Shown here: piece by piece, positions 14,166-28,824 of the stretch | Layout: every line of letters starts with the position of its first letter | Position numbering within the stretch: position 1 is the stretch's first letter | NCBI RefSeq assembly: GCF_006345805.1 | Contig: NC_043018.1 | Span: 18,972,001 to 19,036,000, forward strand | Source: Octopus sinensis | Lineage: Eukaryota | Reading direction: 5' to 3' | Length of the DNA stretch: 64,000 bases | Translations under genes and position numbers: made by a program | Notes under the pieces: model-generated | Seen by the model: the letters and a program-made list of their open reading frames with translations, nothing else | Told to the model about the DNA's origin: nothing | Database searches by the model: none

Positions 14166-15140
14166 ATTTCATTCATTGCTATTATATGCAAACTTTATCA
14201 TAGATAACATTGTAAGGGTCAGTATTAAAAGGCGAGCTGGCAGAAACGTTAGCACGCTGGGCGAAATGCTTAGCGGTATTTCGTCTGCGTTACATTGTGA
14301 GTTCAAATTCCGCCGAGGTCGACTTTGCCTTTCATCCTTTCGGAGTCGATAAATTAAGTACCAGTTACGCACTGGGGTCGATGTAATCGACTTAATACCT
14401 ATGTCTGTCCTTGTTTGTCCCCTCTGTGTTTATCCCCTTGTGGGTAATAAAGAAATAAGTATTAAAAGGGTGAAATTTATCGTGGATGGGTTTCATACAG
14501 GTTCGTATGAAAACAGTGAAATACTATTAGGAAGTTCGTTAAAATTAGTTCAGCTGTTGTATTTAGCATGTCGAGTAAATACATTAACCCTTTTGTGTTC
14601 GTATTATTCTGCCAAAATTAATCCTTTTTTATCCACATTGCCTTGAACTAATCATGCATTATCTTGTAGCTTTGAGATTTTGACGAGGTAGCTGTTAATT
14701 TTTAAAACGACATTGTAGGGCTGGTGAGAGAGACCAGATCTGGCCAGTTTCAACATAAAACAGGCAGAATACTTTTGGCTGGATATGGCTGGTTTGAATG
14801 CTAAAGGGTTAAAGCTTTCTTGCATTGCTTGGTTTGATTTGATTTTAGTGGATGTTGTGAGGCTATGAATTACAGAGTGGATGAACTGCTTATCATTGAT
14901 TAAGTAATTTAATTAAAATTACAATAACATAGATATTGTTGTTACGAACTGACAAAAAGAAAAACAAATGTTAATAAATTAGATTCTTGTTCTTAAAACT
15001 AACGACTTTGTTCACGTATTAATTATTATTGTTTAGTTATCATGTTCTAAAACTGATGTTTACCTATTCTTCTGTTCCTTTATATGTAATTGTTGCTAAT
15101 TAATTGAGTTCATACCTGACTAATTAGATGTCATTAATAA

Positions 15141-15515
<375 letters not shown>

Positions 15516-16630
15516 TAGACGGAAACTGAAAGAAGCCTGTCGTATATATATATATATATGTATGTGTGTGTTTGTGTGTCTGTGTTTGTCCCCCTAGCAT
15601 TGCTTGACAACCGATGCTGGTGTGTTTACGTCCCCGTCACTTAGCGGTTCGGCAAAAAGATATCGATAGAATAAGTACTGGGCTTACAAAAGAATAAGTC
15701 CCGGGGTCGATTTGCTCGACTAAAGGCGGTGCTCCAGCATGGCCGCAGTCAAATGACTGAAACAAGTAAAAGAGTAAAAAGAGTATGTATGTTTCAAAAT
15801 TTTAAATATCCCTGTAATAGCAATATAGCTAATACCATTTATGTCAGAAGTTTATTTTATTTTTTCCCCCCTTGTCAAGTTATGTTGTAAATTATAAATA
15901 TTTCATTAGCTTCCAGCTCTTATATATCTTGGAATCTTTTTACTGTGGCACCAGCACTAGTGGGTTTGTCTTGTCGCTCACAAGACAAAATAATCCTTAT
16001 GATTGAGACAGTGGTGGTATCAGCTGAACTTAAACTGAGGTGTAAAGAGGAGTTAAAAGTATGATGGTAGGGACATATTATAATTAGGAGGGTGGAGAGC
16101 AGAAGACACGATACTCTTTTACTTGTTTCAGTCATTTGACTGCAGCCATGCTGGAGCACCACCTTTAGTCGAGCAAATCGACCCCAGGGCTTATTCTTTG
16201 TAAGCCTAGTACTTATTCTATTGCTCTCTTTTTGCCGAACCACTAAGTTACAGGGACGTAAACACACAAGCTTCAGTTGTCAAGTGATGTTGGAGATTCA
16301 AGTCCAGTAAATGCAGTGCCCCCTCAATGTCACACTTCCTGCTGATCACTCTCTCAGCCAGGCTAGCGGGGCATTTGATGCATGGGGGGTGGCCCCCATC
16401 TTGCTGGAACCAGTTCATCTCGATCTATCAAGAAAGTTGCTGGACCTTTGTAGGATTTCATAAAATTTTCATGGGTTCTGTTTTTTTTTTTTTTTGTTTT
16501 TTTAGGTCACTCTGTATGTATATATATATATATATATATCGAAATTTTTGTTCGTCTTGTGGTTGAGAGAGGCTCCTTATCTTTCCCGATGAGAAGATTG
16601 CATAATGTACCTTTTATTCCTTCTGAATAA

Positions 16631-17026
<396 letters not shown>

Positions 17027-18984
17027 TAGGGTGGTAAGCTGGCAGAATCGTTAGCATGCCTGACAAAATGCTCAGCAGCATTTCATTTGTTTTCATGTTG
17101 TGAGTTCAATTCCTGCTGAGGTCAGCTTTGTTTTTTTATCCTTTCAGGGTCATTGAAATAAGTACCAGCTGAGCACTGGGGGCTGATGTAATCCACTAAC
17201 CCCATTCCCACAAAATTTCAGGCCTTGTACCTATAATAGAAAAGATTATTGTTCTTATGATAATGGTTTCGCATTTAGGCACAAGGCCAGCAATTTCGGG
17301 GGCAGGGGGGGGGGTGCAAGACGATTACATTGACACCCCTGCCCCCATTGTTCAACTAGTACTTATATTATCGACCCTGAAAAGATAAAAGATAAAATTG
17401 ACCTCAGCAAAACTTGAACACAGAATGTAGAGATTGACAAAATGTCGCTAAGCATTTTACCCTGCGTGCTAAGGATTCTGCTAGCTTGCTCCCTTTGTTG
17501 TTGTTATCATCATCATCATCATCGTTTAACATCTGCTTTCCATGCTGGCATGGGTTGGACGGTTTGACTGAGGACTGGCAACCCAGCAGGCTGCACCGGG
17601 TTCCAATCTGAACTGGCATGGTTTCTACAGCTGGATGCCCTTCCTAACGCCAACTATTCCAAGGGTATACTAAGTGCTTCTTACGTGCCACCAGCACGGG
17701 AGCCAGTCAAGGGTCACTTGCTTCAACCACGTTCAGATGGTGCTTTTTACATGCGGTTGGCATGGGAGGCCAGTCAGGGGTCATTGGCATTGACCACATT
17801 CAGATGGTGCTTTCAGACTTTCATGTAGCTTATTCCAAGTGTTGAAAGGTGATGAATTGACAGCATCGTTCGCACACTGGATTTATCTCCTGGCTCTTTG
17901 TATTCCGATTTCAAATATCACTGAGGTCAGCTTTGCCTTTGTTCCCTCCAGGGTCGATGAAATAAAGCACCACTCAAATGCCAGATTGACAGTACTGACT
18001 TAGCCCAAATTCCGCCGAGGTCAACTTTGCCTTTCATCCTTTCGGGGTCGATAAATTAAGTACCAGTTACGCACTGGGGTCGTTGTAATCGACTTAATCT
18101 GTTTGTCTGTCCTTGTTTGTCCCCTCTGTGTTTAGGTTTAGCCCCTTGTGGGTAGTAAGGAAATAAGTACTGGCTTAGCCCCTCCCCTCAGAATTGGTGG
18201 CCTTGGGCCTAAGTTTGAAGCAATAATTTAATTATTGCTGAAATTAATATTGGCCAAATACTTGAGTTGATATATTCAGCTATATCTTCCCTCCCCCTCC
18301 TCTCTAATTTGTGGCCTTATACCTCTCCTAGAAATCATTATTTCACTCTTTAACATTCAGTTTCATCATCATCATCATCATCATCGTTTAACGTCCGCTT
18401 TCCATGCTAGCATGGGTTGGACGGTTCAACTGGGGTCTGGGGAGCCCGAAGGCTGCACCAGGCCAGTCAGATCTGGCAGTGTTTCTACAGCTGGATGCCC
18501 TTCCTAACGCCAACCACTCCGAGAGTGTAGTGGCTGCTTTTTACGTGCCACAGACACAGGTGCCAGACGAGGCTGGCAGGCGGCCACGCTCGGTTGGTGT
18601 TTTTTATGTGCCACCGACACAGGTGCCAGACGAGGCTGGCGGACGGCCACGCTTGGATGGTGTTTACAACAGTTTATTCTGTTAAAATGTAATACTTTAT
18701 TTATTCACGTTGTTTTGAATTAATTTAGGATTATATCGTAGCCCCGAGATTTCTTATGATGGGGCTGTTTATTTTTAGAATGGCATTGTAGGTTAGGTGT
18801 GAGAGGCCTGATCTGGTTTAATTTTAGCACAAAGCAGGCAGAGTCTTTTGGGTCGGGTATTGCCAGTTTCAATGCTAAAGGGTTAAGTTTGAAAAGACCT
18901 GTGAGTGCTAGAATTGGTAAAGCACGGAACATCAGTTTCACCTCTCACAGAACTGTGAGGTCTGATATGTTGGTTTAGAAAACA

Positions 18985-19371
18985 CTAGCAGTATCGCCCG
19001 GCGTTGCTCGGGTTTGTAAGGGAAATAACTATATATGCATTTTTAGAGATGTAAAGTATAATAGCCATCTCAATATGGCTAACCACAAAGGGGGAGAGTG
19101 TTACTGTAGCTTTTTACGTTCTGAGATTTAATAATAAATTTTTAGAGAGTTACTCCCCTTACATATGCCAAAAATGCATTAAAAATGGGAAAAATTGATG
19201 GTAAATTTTTTTTTTAATCGTAGACGCGCGCTAATACCCAGAAGGGCTCGATATGAATCACGACTATAAGATACCCGGTTTTGGTTAAACTGCACTGCAA
19301 AATGTGGGAGTAGTTAGGAATCTAAATCATAGGAGACAGACAGCACACAACCTCTCTTTTATATATAAAGA
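18985..19371 (-). mobile_element. Non-autonomous Helitron, same family as 43240-43632
   Basis: Same termini and internal sequence. Confidence 0.75.
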
Positions 19372-19467
19372 TTTCCTGGGATTTACACCCAAACCCATGA
19401 CCAGCATTTTTACTTTCCACCCAAAACAGTTTAAATACAAACTACTTGTGTGTCTCTCTGTTTGCAG

Positions 19468-19564
19468 GTATTAATTCCATTGTAGCCATTGCATCTTATA
19501 CTGGCTACAATCAGGAAGATTCCATTATTTTGAATGCATCGGCCGTTGACCGTGGTTACTTCAG
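19468..19564 (+). CDS. POLR2B: RPB2 exon 14 ([20 protein letters not shown]...RGYF)
   Basis: AG ending 19467, GT at 19565; GYNQEDS active-site motif. Confidence 0.96.
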
Positions 19565-21198
19565 GTGCAGTATTTTCCTTTTGTTACTGATCTGGTCAAG
19601 ACATCCTCCCCTTGACCTTGTAGTCCTTTTCTTGATGGTGTGGTTGTTCTAAATGTCACGTGTTGTTATTGTCATCCAGACCTCTGGCTTCAGGCCTTTC
19701 AGATATGACTGTCCCATCTTTTCTTCAACACATACTGTATCAAAGTCTTCATTTTCAGATGCATTATACTTCCCTCGTAAATATGTTGGTTGAGTGTGAA
19801 GATTTGGCTGTTATTTCTAGCTGGTTGTGTAACCACATATGGGGCCTTTCGTTGGCTCAAAATGATGTGTCTGTGAAAATGGCTGGAAAATATAACTGTC
19901 ATTCATAAGCAAAATATGACTTGGTAGCATGTACCATGCTTCTATTTATTGTTTCAAATGCCTATGTAGTTGCAAGCACACACACACATTAGCCCTAGTT
20001 GTGCATCAGGGAGAAAAAGAGAAGCTGGAGAAAAAGAAGGCAGCACCAACACTCAACTGGTATTCACTTTCAGCTGAATAGACTGGAGTAACAGGAGATG
20101 AAGTACCCTGCTCAAGATCACAGAACGGTCTAAGAATTAAAACCACAATGACCTTTTGATGATACGCCTAACACCCCTAACCCTTAAGTCTACATTCCAA
20201 GTAGGTTCAAAATGCCATGCGTATCCGTAGCAAGTCTGATGGCTCTATTAAGTAGAAGGACTCTCATCCAGGAGTCAGCATATTTTATAAAGAATAGGAT
20301 AGATACAAGAACTTGTAGGAAATTTACTTATATGAGACTAACATCCTATCTTGGAGTAGAAGTATTTTGCATTGTCCCATTTTGCTGCTCCAGGCACCAG
20401 AGTTTAGCACTGGTCCTTGCAAAACCCTGGAATTTGTGATTTACCCTCAACATCATTGTTTTAACAATCATTTTGCCATGCTAACACAGTCTGAATGTGT
20501 TTATTGAATGGGAAAAAAATATCACCTGTTTTCTCTGTGATCTTTGAGTTCCATCTTCTTGAGATAAAAATCATTTCTAGTCTTTCTTCATCTTATACTG
20601 TTTGTTTAAGCCAATAAAGGACCTGTTTCATGGTTGCTTATCCTTCTGAAAATAGCAGCTAAATCTCCCTTAACACAAACATTAGCATCTTAGAAAAGGG
20701 CACATACATTGAATGATGTAGTCATTGGTGCCCTGTGCCAGACAAAATCCTTTCTACTGGATCAGGGACTTTCTACCATATTTTATCTCTCGACCCCTTT
20801 GATTACTATTTTATTCTGCTGAACCTCACCACAGTCATTTTATAGAAACTTCTTCCAAAATTCCTCTTTTGTTTTTCACACATTAACTTGTATAGGTTGA
20901 ACTCTGTAAAATGTTAGAGAAAGAAACCCAACTGTTCCTTGCAATAAAAAAATTTTTTCACAGGCCTTTAAAATACTATTGCGGATCCACAATTCACTAT
21001 TTTGTTGCGTGGACCCCACTTGAGAACCACTTTGCTAGCTAAAGGCTGACCTGGACCTCAACAACAGATCCTGCAACACCTTTATATTTAGCCATTTCCA
21101 CAGTAAATTCATTCTTTATCGAGTCTTGTTAGTAGTAATTGCACATTTCAGGACTAAATGCGTTTCGCTCGTCTGACAATTTCCTTCTCGTCCCACAG

Positions 21199-21293
21199 GT
21201 CATTTTTCTTCCGGTCTTACAAAGACCAAGAATCAAAGAAAGGAATGGACCAGGAAGAAATATTTGAGAAACCAACTCGAGAATTTGTTCAAG
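21199..21293 (+). CDS. POLR2B: RPB2 exon 15 ([11 protein letters not shown]...REFVQ)
   Basis: AG ending 21198, GTGAAA at 21294; frame consistent. Confidence 0.94.
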
Positions 21294-21682
21294 GTGAAAC
21301 ATCTTACGTTTACCGTTTCTTTGGTGTATGTCTTGTGTACCTTAACTAGAAAATTACTTTGTGCGTGTATGAGAGACCAATCGACTGTAACAATTTACCA
21401 ATTCTAAGTTGTTTTGGAGATCGTGAGTTCAATCCCTAGTAGATCAATAGTTTTGGTTCTCTCTCAAAATTGCTGGATTTCTGCCAAAATTTTGAAACCA
21501 TTATTATTATTGTTGTTGTTATTCATCTTTTCGGGGTCAGTGTCATCAACTTACACTCTCCCCGTAGAATTTCAGGCTTTGTACCAATAGTAGAAAGGAT
21601 GATTGTTATTGTTGTTAATCCATGTAAAAAATTCTTGGTGTTCTTACCCTCACCTCAATCTGATTCACCGTTTCAATTTCAG

Positions 21683-21804
21683 GAATGCGTCATGCTATAT
21701 ACGACAAATTAGATGATGACGGCATCATAGCTCCTGGTACAAGAGTCTCAGGAGATGATGTACTGATTGGCAAAACACTGACTCTTCCACAGAATGAAAA
21801 CGAG
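21683..21804 (+). CDS. POLR2B: RPB2 exon 16 ([18 protein letters not shown]...PQNENE)
   Basis: AG at 21681-21682, GT at 21805; KLDDDG.IAPG..VSGDDV.IGKT motif. Confidence 0.96.
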
Positions 21805-22476
21805 GTAAACATTTGACACCAGATCTCCCTTCACCACCACCCCAACACCCATTCTCCACAAAACCACAACCCCACACTGCTGGCCCACCGATATATGTCA
21901 TTTGTGATCTCTACCACACCATTATCTCATCTTTGTCTTTGAAACCGGCTTCTTCATTCTCTTTGTGTCATCCCAATATTTCTCCCTGCAACACAAGTTT
22001 TCTAATAATCACAAACTGCTTTCCACTGGAATTCTTTTGATTCCCAATTCACCTCCTTCAGACCACTTTAATCCAGCCTCTTTACCCTTTTATCTCCTAG
22101 GCATCTCCAAGGATATGAAACTGCTAAAATTCTTCCTCCTCCTTTTCCTCTTCCTTATTAGTTTAAGCACCAATGAAATCTAGCAATTTACAAAAGTTCT
22201 TGCTCACTTATCGTCATAATAGTTCCACAACTGCTTAGACAAGTGATTCTCAACCATTTTTGTAACCTGTGGATCCCTTTGATTTCTGTTTCACTTGGGT
22301 GGACCCTCAGAGCGATTCTCTAGCTGCAGAATGAAACTGCCCCAAGACGTCTCACTGAACCTGTGCAAGTTTAGAGGAAAAATGGACATAGTAAAAACTG
22401 TGTGTGAATAGATGTGTAACTTTTGCCTTTTTTTTACTCCAAATGTGTAACATTTTGTTTCTACTCTTCATTGCAG

Positions 22477-22557
22477 CTTGATAGTACAGTTCGGAGATTT
22501 GCCAAAAGAGATGCCAGTGTGTTCATGAGAAGAAGTGAAACCGGTATCATTGACCAG
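22477..22557 (+). CDS. POLR2B: RPB2 exon 17 ([27 protein letters not shown])
   Basis: AG ending 22476, GT at 22558; 27 codons. Confidence 0.94.
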
Positions 22558-23785
22558 GTAGGGTCCTTGCCTTTTGTTCTCTTATAATGGTGAATGGGTA
22601 CCACTTTTATAATGTGTATTATCTTATTTATATGGTTTCTACTTGGATAGATAACAAATATATTTTATTCGTTGATAAACCCATCACTTATAACTTAATT
22701 ATAAGTATTATCACTATACATAAATCTCAGCTCAAACTACAGAAATGCTGTAGTGGAATAAATAAATATATATAAGGCGAGCTGGCAGAAACGTTAGCGC
22801 GCCGGGCGAAATGCTTAGCGGTATTTCGTCTGTCGTTACGTTCTGAGTTCAAATTCCGCCGAGGTCAACTTTGCCTTTCATCCTTTCGGGGTCGATAAAT
22901 AAAGTACCAGTTTCGCACTGGGGTCGATATAATCGACTCAATCCCTTCACCTGTCCTTGTTTGTCTCCTCTGTGTTTAGCCCCTTCTGAGCAGTAAAGAA
23001 ATATATATATATATGTCCACTGCTAACACCACCCTGGATCCCCAAAGTACCCCGATCCCCAAAGTACCCCGGACCTCGTTGCCCCCGTGCCGCTGACACG
23101 TTAAAATGCTCGAACCGATCGTGACGATGCCGGACCCTCCGGCCCCTGTGCAGGTGGCACGTAAAAAGCACCCAATCCACTCACGGAGTGGTTGGCGTTA
23201 GGAAGGGCATCCAGCCGTAGAAACTCTGCCAGATTCAGACTGGAGCCTGGAGCGGCCCCTGGCTTCCCAGACCCGGTCGAACCGTCCAACCCGTGCTAGC
23301 GCGGAAAGCGGACGTTAAACGATGATGATGATGATGATGATATATATATATGGGCATGGCTGTGTGGTTAGGGAGCTTGCTTCCTAGCTACATGGTTTCG
23401 GGTTCAGTCCCACTGCGTGGCACTTTGGGTAGGTGTCTTCCGCTATAGCCCCGAGCAGACCGAAGCTTTGTGATGGAATTCGGTTGGCGGAAGTTACTGC
23501 CGTGTGTGTATATGTGCGTGTAGGTGCTCAGTGCCTCTCCAAAAGAGAGAGAGGGATATATATATCAAGACGCTCAACGGACGTGTTGAATGTGCAGGTC
23601 AGGTGATCACATAGAGGTTCGATGTTAGATTGAGCCTTCTAAGAGTTGTTATGGTAACACATGCAACCTATTGACCGAACACATAAAGTCCCTATAGCAG
23701 GCTATATGTGTTAACAGAAATCTTTGTTATTGTCATGAAGTTGTAGCTTAATTAATTAATTTAATCGGTTAATGTCTTTTATTAG

Positions 23786-23923
23786 GTCATGGTGACAATC
23801 AACCAGGAAGGTTTCAAGTTTTGTAAGATCCGAGTACGGACTGTGAAAACCCCCCAGATTGGTGATAAATTTGCCAGTCGTCACGGACAGAAAGGTACCT
23901 GTGGTATCACTTACAGACAGGAG
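23786..23923 (+). CDS. POLR2B: RPB2 exon 18 (VMVTINQEG...[23 protein letters not shown])
   Basis: AG ending 23785, GTGAGA at 23924; invariant [12 protein letters not shown]. Confidence 0.98.
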
Positions 23924-24495
23924 GTGAGAGATTTTCTGAGTTTCAATGTTCTTTTACTCTATTCTATTTATTTTTTTTTGTTTTTTGCCCCGGGACAGCT
24001 GTAAATTGATCGGGCATGAATGAGGTCAAAGATTTTGCATCCTCCCCCCCCCTTTTTTTTTTTTTTTTTTTCTGGGTGGGGGTATCTTTGACTATATGTT
24101 CAGTGAAGGCGGTGAGCTGGCAGAAACGTTAGCACGTCGGGCGAAATGCGTAGCCGTATTTCGTCTGCCGTTACGTTCTGAGTTCAAATTCCACCAAGGC
24201 CGACTTTGCTTTTCATCCTTTCGGGGTCAATAAATAAAGTACCAGTTACGCACTGGGGTCAATGTAATCGACTTAATCCGTTTGTCTGTCCTTGTTTGCT
24301 CCCTTGTGGGTGGTAAAGAAATAAATTAAGTACTAGTTACATACTGGGGTCGATATAATTGACTTAATCCCTTTGTCTGTCTTTGTTTGTCCCCTCTATA
24401 TTTAACCCCTTGTGGGCAATAAAGAAATATATATGTTCAGTGAAGAAAACAAAAATAGAAATATTTTAATGTTTCCATTTTTTGTAATCTTGTAG

Positions 24496-24717
24496 GACAT
24501 GCCATTTACCTGCGAAGGGATATCACCTGATTTGATTGTTAACCCTCACGCCATTCCATCTCGAATGACAATTGGCCATTTAATTGAGTGTCTTCAAGGT
24601 AAAGTAGCTGCCAACAAAGGAGAGATTGGTGATGCTTCCCCATTCAACGATGCTGTCAATGTACAGAAAGTGTCCAACCTGCTCCAACAGTATGGTTACC
24701 ATCTGAGAGGCAACGAG
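24496..24717 (+). CDS. POLR2B: RPB2 exon 19 (DMPFTCEG...[12 protein letters not shown]...RGNE)
   Basis: AG ending 24495, GTCAGT at 24718. Confidence 0.98.
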
Positions 24718-26498
24718 GTCAGTAAAATCTTTCATTTTCCTAATTCTTCCAACATTCACACTGAGCACTGCATCTAGCGTGTCCTGTTTGATCTTGTAGT
24801 ATTCGCATAAGTGGTACTCTGGTAGTGCCGGTGGCACGTAAAAAGCACCATTCGAACGTGGCCGATGCCAGCGCCTACTTGACTGGCTTCTGTGCCGGTG
24901 GCACGTAAAAAGCACCATTCGAACGTGGCTGATGCCAGCGCCTCCGTGACTGGCTTCTGTGCCGGTGGCATGTAAAAAGCACCATTCGAACGTGGCCAAT
25001 GCCTGGTGCAATCTTCTGGCTTGCCAACTCCTGTCAAACAGTCTGACCCCAAGCCAACATAGAAAACGGATGTTAAATATTAATAATGATCATGATGATT
25101 GATTGATTAATTGAACTGCATATCAGGAGTATTAAACTTTTTGGGAAGAGGAAAAATATTTTTACACTATTTACATCTACACTATGTTTTAAAAAGATAT
25201 ATCTTCGATTGTCACCAAATGTCTTATTCTTAGATGCGTCCTTACTCCCAGACTGTATTCGAACCAGATCCTGGAATAAGAGATTTGTGTTTCAGCTCAT
25301 TCGATCGGTTTGTCATCTCTCTTTTACTCTTTTACTTGTTTCAGTCATTTGACTGCGGCCATGCTGGAGCACCGCCTTTGATCGAGCAACTCGACCCCGG
25401 GACTTATTCTTTTTTTGTAAGCCCAGTACTTATTCTATCGGTCTCTTTTGCCGAACCGCTAAGTAACGGGGACATAAACAAACCAGCATCAGTTGTCAAG
25501 CAATGCTAGGGAGTCATACACAGACACACAAACACACACACACACACATATATACGACAGGCTTCTTTCAGTTTCCGTCTACCAAATCCACTCACAAGAC
25601 ACTTACCCAAGGTGCCAAGCAGTGGGACTAAACCCGGAACCATGTGGTTGGTAAACAAGCTACTTACCACACAGCCACTCCTGTCAGTGTAAATATTATG
25701 TATAAAAGCATTTTTCCCTTTAGAATTTCCATTACTCTGTCGAGTATTGGGCTAATTGATTCACATCGTTTCGAATTAATTACGCAGGCGTGGCTTTGTG
25801 GTAAGTAGCTTGCTTACCAACCATATGGTTCCAGGTTCAGTCCCACTGCGTGGCATCTTGGGCAAATGTTTTCTGCCATAGCCTCGGGCTGACCAAAGCC
25901 TTGAGAGTGGATTTGGTAGATGGAAACTGAAAGAAGCCCGTTGTATATATATATAATATATGTGTGTGTCCGTGTTTGTACACCCATCGTTGCTTGACAA
26001 CCGATTGCTAGCATGTTCATGTCCCTATCACTTAGCAGTTCAAAAAAGGAGAACGATAGAATAAGTGCTAGGTTTACAAAGAATAAGTCCTGGGGTCAAC
26101 TAAAGGTGGTGCTCCAGCATGGCTGCAGTCAAATGACTGAAACAAATAAAAGGAAAAAAAAAAAGAATTATCTCCTAGTTTCAAAATTTCAATGATGGGA
26201 ATTAGTATGATATTGCAGGATAGGTGTGAGAGGTCAGATCCGGCAGGTCTGAATGTAAAACAATATTTAGGCTTGATGTGGCCAGTTCAGATGCTAAAGG
26301 GTTTGAGATGAACTTGTTGAAAAAATAATTTTATTAATTAAATATTATTAATAATATTTATTCAATATTATTTTATCAAAATATATTTTTAGTTTCTGTA
26401 TTATTGAACATAATTTAAAATTTCCTACAAAGATGAAATGTTATTCAATTTTTATATTGTTTATTCTGTTTTATTTTATTGTTTTTTTTTAATGATAG

Positions 26499-26659
26499 AT
26501 TTTGTATAATGGACACACTGGAAGGAAGTTGAATGCCCAGATTTTCTTGGGACCCACCTACTACCAGCGCTTAAAACATATGGTGGACGACAAAATTCAT
26601 TCTCGGGCCCGTGGTCCTTTACAGATTATGAACAGGCAACCTATGGAAGGAAGATCTCG
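26499..26659 (+). CDS. POLR2B: RPB2 exon 20 (ILYNGHTGR...[20 protein letters not shown]...EGRS)
   Basis: AG ending 26498, GT at 26660; [15 protein letters not shown] motif. Confidence 0.98.
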
Positions 26660-26774
26660 GTGTGTAACCAAAGTTCATTTCAGATTTGTTGGCATGGATT
26701 TTGAGAAACCCCTTTTTAATGTGACCAGTTGCACTTACATGTCAACCCTACCATGACCACCTCTTAAAACTACT

Positions 26775-27045
26775 TCTTTCATAAAACCATCTTCTACTCT
26801 TCGTGCTTGACACAGTCAAACGCCTTCACATAGTCAATAGAGCAGACGTACAAGTCTTTTTGTTTCTCTATACACTTTTCCACCAACGTCCTCAAGCACA
26901 GAATTGCATTTCTCGTCCCCTTTCCTGTTTGATTACCAAACTATTCATCTGATAGGTTTCCCCTAAAAGTACCTTTCACTCAATTCAACTCCACTCTCAA
27001 AATAGTCTTTGTCACATGACTCATTAGGCTTATTGTTCTGTGATT
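26775..27045 (-). mobile_element. RTE-clade LINE RT fragment
   Basis: HRTISLMSHVTK...KGTRNAILCLRTLVEK...DLYVCSIDYVKAFDCVKH with in-frame stops. Confidence 0.85.
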
Positions 27046-27175
27046 GTTGGCACAACAATACCAAACGATAAGAAAATTTTGTAATGATTTTCAAAACAGT
27101 TTTTTTTTTAAATATTCCTCAAATTTTGGTAGCAGAGTAGGGGAAGTGAGGTGGGGTGGATGATTTTATTGATTA

Positions 27176-27399
27176 ACCCTTTAGCATTCAGATTACTCTG
27201 TCAAATGTAAAGCCTGTTTAATTACATTGTTTTAAATTAATTGTACAACATCTTGTAACTCTGGGATTTTGATGATGTCCCTGTTTATTTTTAGAATGAC
27301 TTTGTAGGGTAGGTGTGAGAGGTCAGAGCTGGCTGGTTTGAGAATAAAACAGGAAGACAATTTTGGCCTGGTATGGCCAGTTTAAACACTTAGGGGTTA
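27176..27399. mobile_element. Second TTAA-flanked MITE family (other copies ~37754-37966, 55088-55313; partial copies 14700-14812, 18700-18885, 55314-55404)
   Basis: TTAACCCTTTAG...AGGGGTTAA termini; the 27176 and 55088 copies are nearly identical. Confidence 0.7.
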
Positions 27400-27444
27400 A
27401 TCTCTGTGCAAAATACCATTTTTATTTCTTGATTCTGATTTCAG

Positions 27445-27640
27445 TGATGGAGGTTTGCGTTTTGGTGAGATGGAGCGTGATTGTCAAATCGCTCACGGTG
27501 CTGCTCAATTTCTACGAGAGAGACTCTTTGAAGTATCCGACCCATACCGAGTGCATGTCTGCAACCTGTGTGGTTTAGTGTGCATAGCGAATCTGAGGAA
27601 CCAAACATTTGAGTGTCGTGGCTGCAAGAATAAAACACAG
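27445..27640 (+). CDS. POLR2B: RPB2 exon 21 ([13 protein letters not shown]...CNLCG...CRGCKNKTQ)
   Basis: AG ending 27444, GTAAGA at 27641; [11 protein letters not shown] and the C4 zinc site. Confidence 0.98.
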
Positions 27641-28734
27641 GTAAGAACGAAGAATACTGGGATATCTGCAGCTTTCTGTTTTCTGTCTCACATGCACTTG
27701 TAGACTTCCATCAGGTGGATGGAAGAACCGGTTGAGCATCAGATGAAATAACTCTTGGCATTTGTGTATGTTCTTAATTTAATCTTGCCCAAACCATCTA
27801 AGTGTTTCGTCCTTCAATATTTGATTAAATAAGCAATATTTTGCTGGAATATGTACTGATGTCTGACCCAATTCAGTTATTTTCCTTAGCTTTTTGATTT
27901 TCAATCATCATCATTATCATCGTTTAGCGTCCGCTTTCCATGCTAGCATGGGTTGGACAGTTCGACCAAGGTCTGGGAAGCCAGAAGTCTACACCAGGCC
28001 CCAGTCTGATCTGGTAGTGTTTCTACAGCTGGATGCCCTTCCTAACACCAACCACTCCGTGAGTGTAGTGGGTGCTTTTTACGTGCCACCAGCACAGGTG
28101 CCAGGCAAGGCTGGCAATGGCCACGATCGGTTGGTGCTTTTTATGTGCCACCGACATGGAAACCAGTCAAGGCGGTGCTGGCATTGGCGATGTTCGGATG
28201 GTGCTTTTTACGGGCCAATTGTACAAATTATTATTATCCAAATTGCTAACATTTTCCCATCATAATCTATTTAAACTCAAGAGGACTGTGCTGCTGATGA
28301 GGTTTAATAAGTTCACATCTCCCTCTTACCTGCCACTTACAAACATCAAGATTTCCTCCCTTTGACAACCTGTAAATTTCATTTAATGAAATTTTCAATT
28401 TCTAAATATTTATCTTCTTTGACAGACAATAACTACTGTTACTTCTAGGTTTTTGTTTTCTTTCTCCAACTTAAAAAAGGAAATTCCAGTTCAGAATTAT
28501 TGATGCATCCCATTCAACCTAGCATACTGCACAATGGGATTGAACTTAAACCCACTTAATTGACAGCAAACTCCTCAACATGTAACCATGCTTGTCCCTC
28601 GTGATCAAATACATTTTCTCTGTGCTTGTTCTTTTGTTTAAAGTCAATAAAATCAATAGAAAATTAGAATTCATTTAAATGTTTGTTTTAGGTTTTTTTT
28701 TAATGGTTTTTTTTTCTTTTTTAATATTCTTCAG

Positions 28735-28824
28735 ATTTCGCAGATGAGGATGCCGTATGCCTGCAAATTGTTGTTCCAAGAGTTAATGTCTATGAGTATT
28801 GCTCCAAGAATGATGGTGTCCTAA
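28735..28824 (+). CDS. POLR2B: RPB2 terminal coding exon ([29 protein letters not shown])
   Basis: AG ending 28734; TAA at 28822-28824; matches the RPB2 C-terminus. All 22 exons sum to 3282 nt, in frame. Confidence 0.97.
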   Translation: MSQMRMPYACKLLFQELMSMSIAPRMMVS

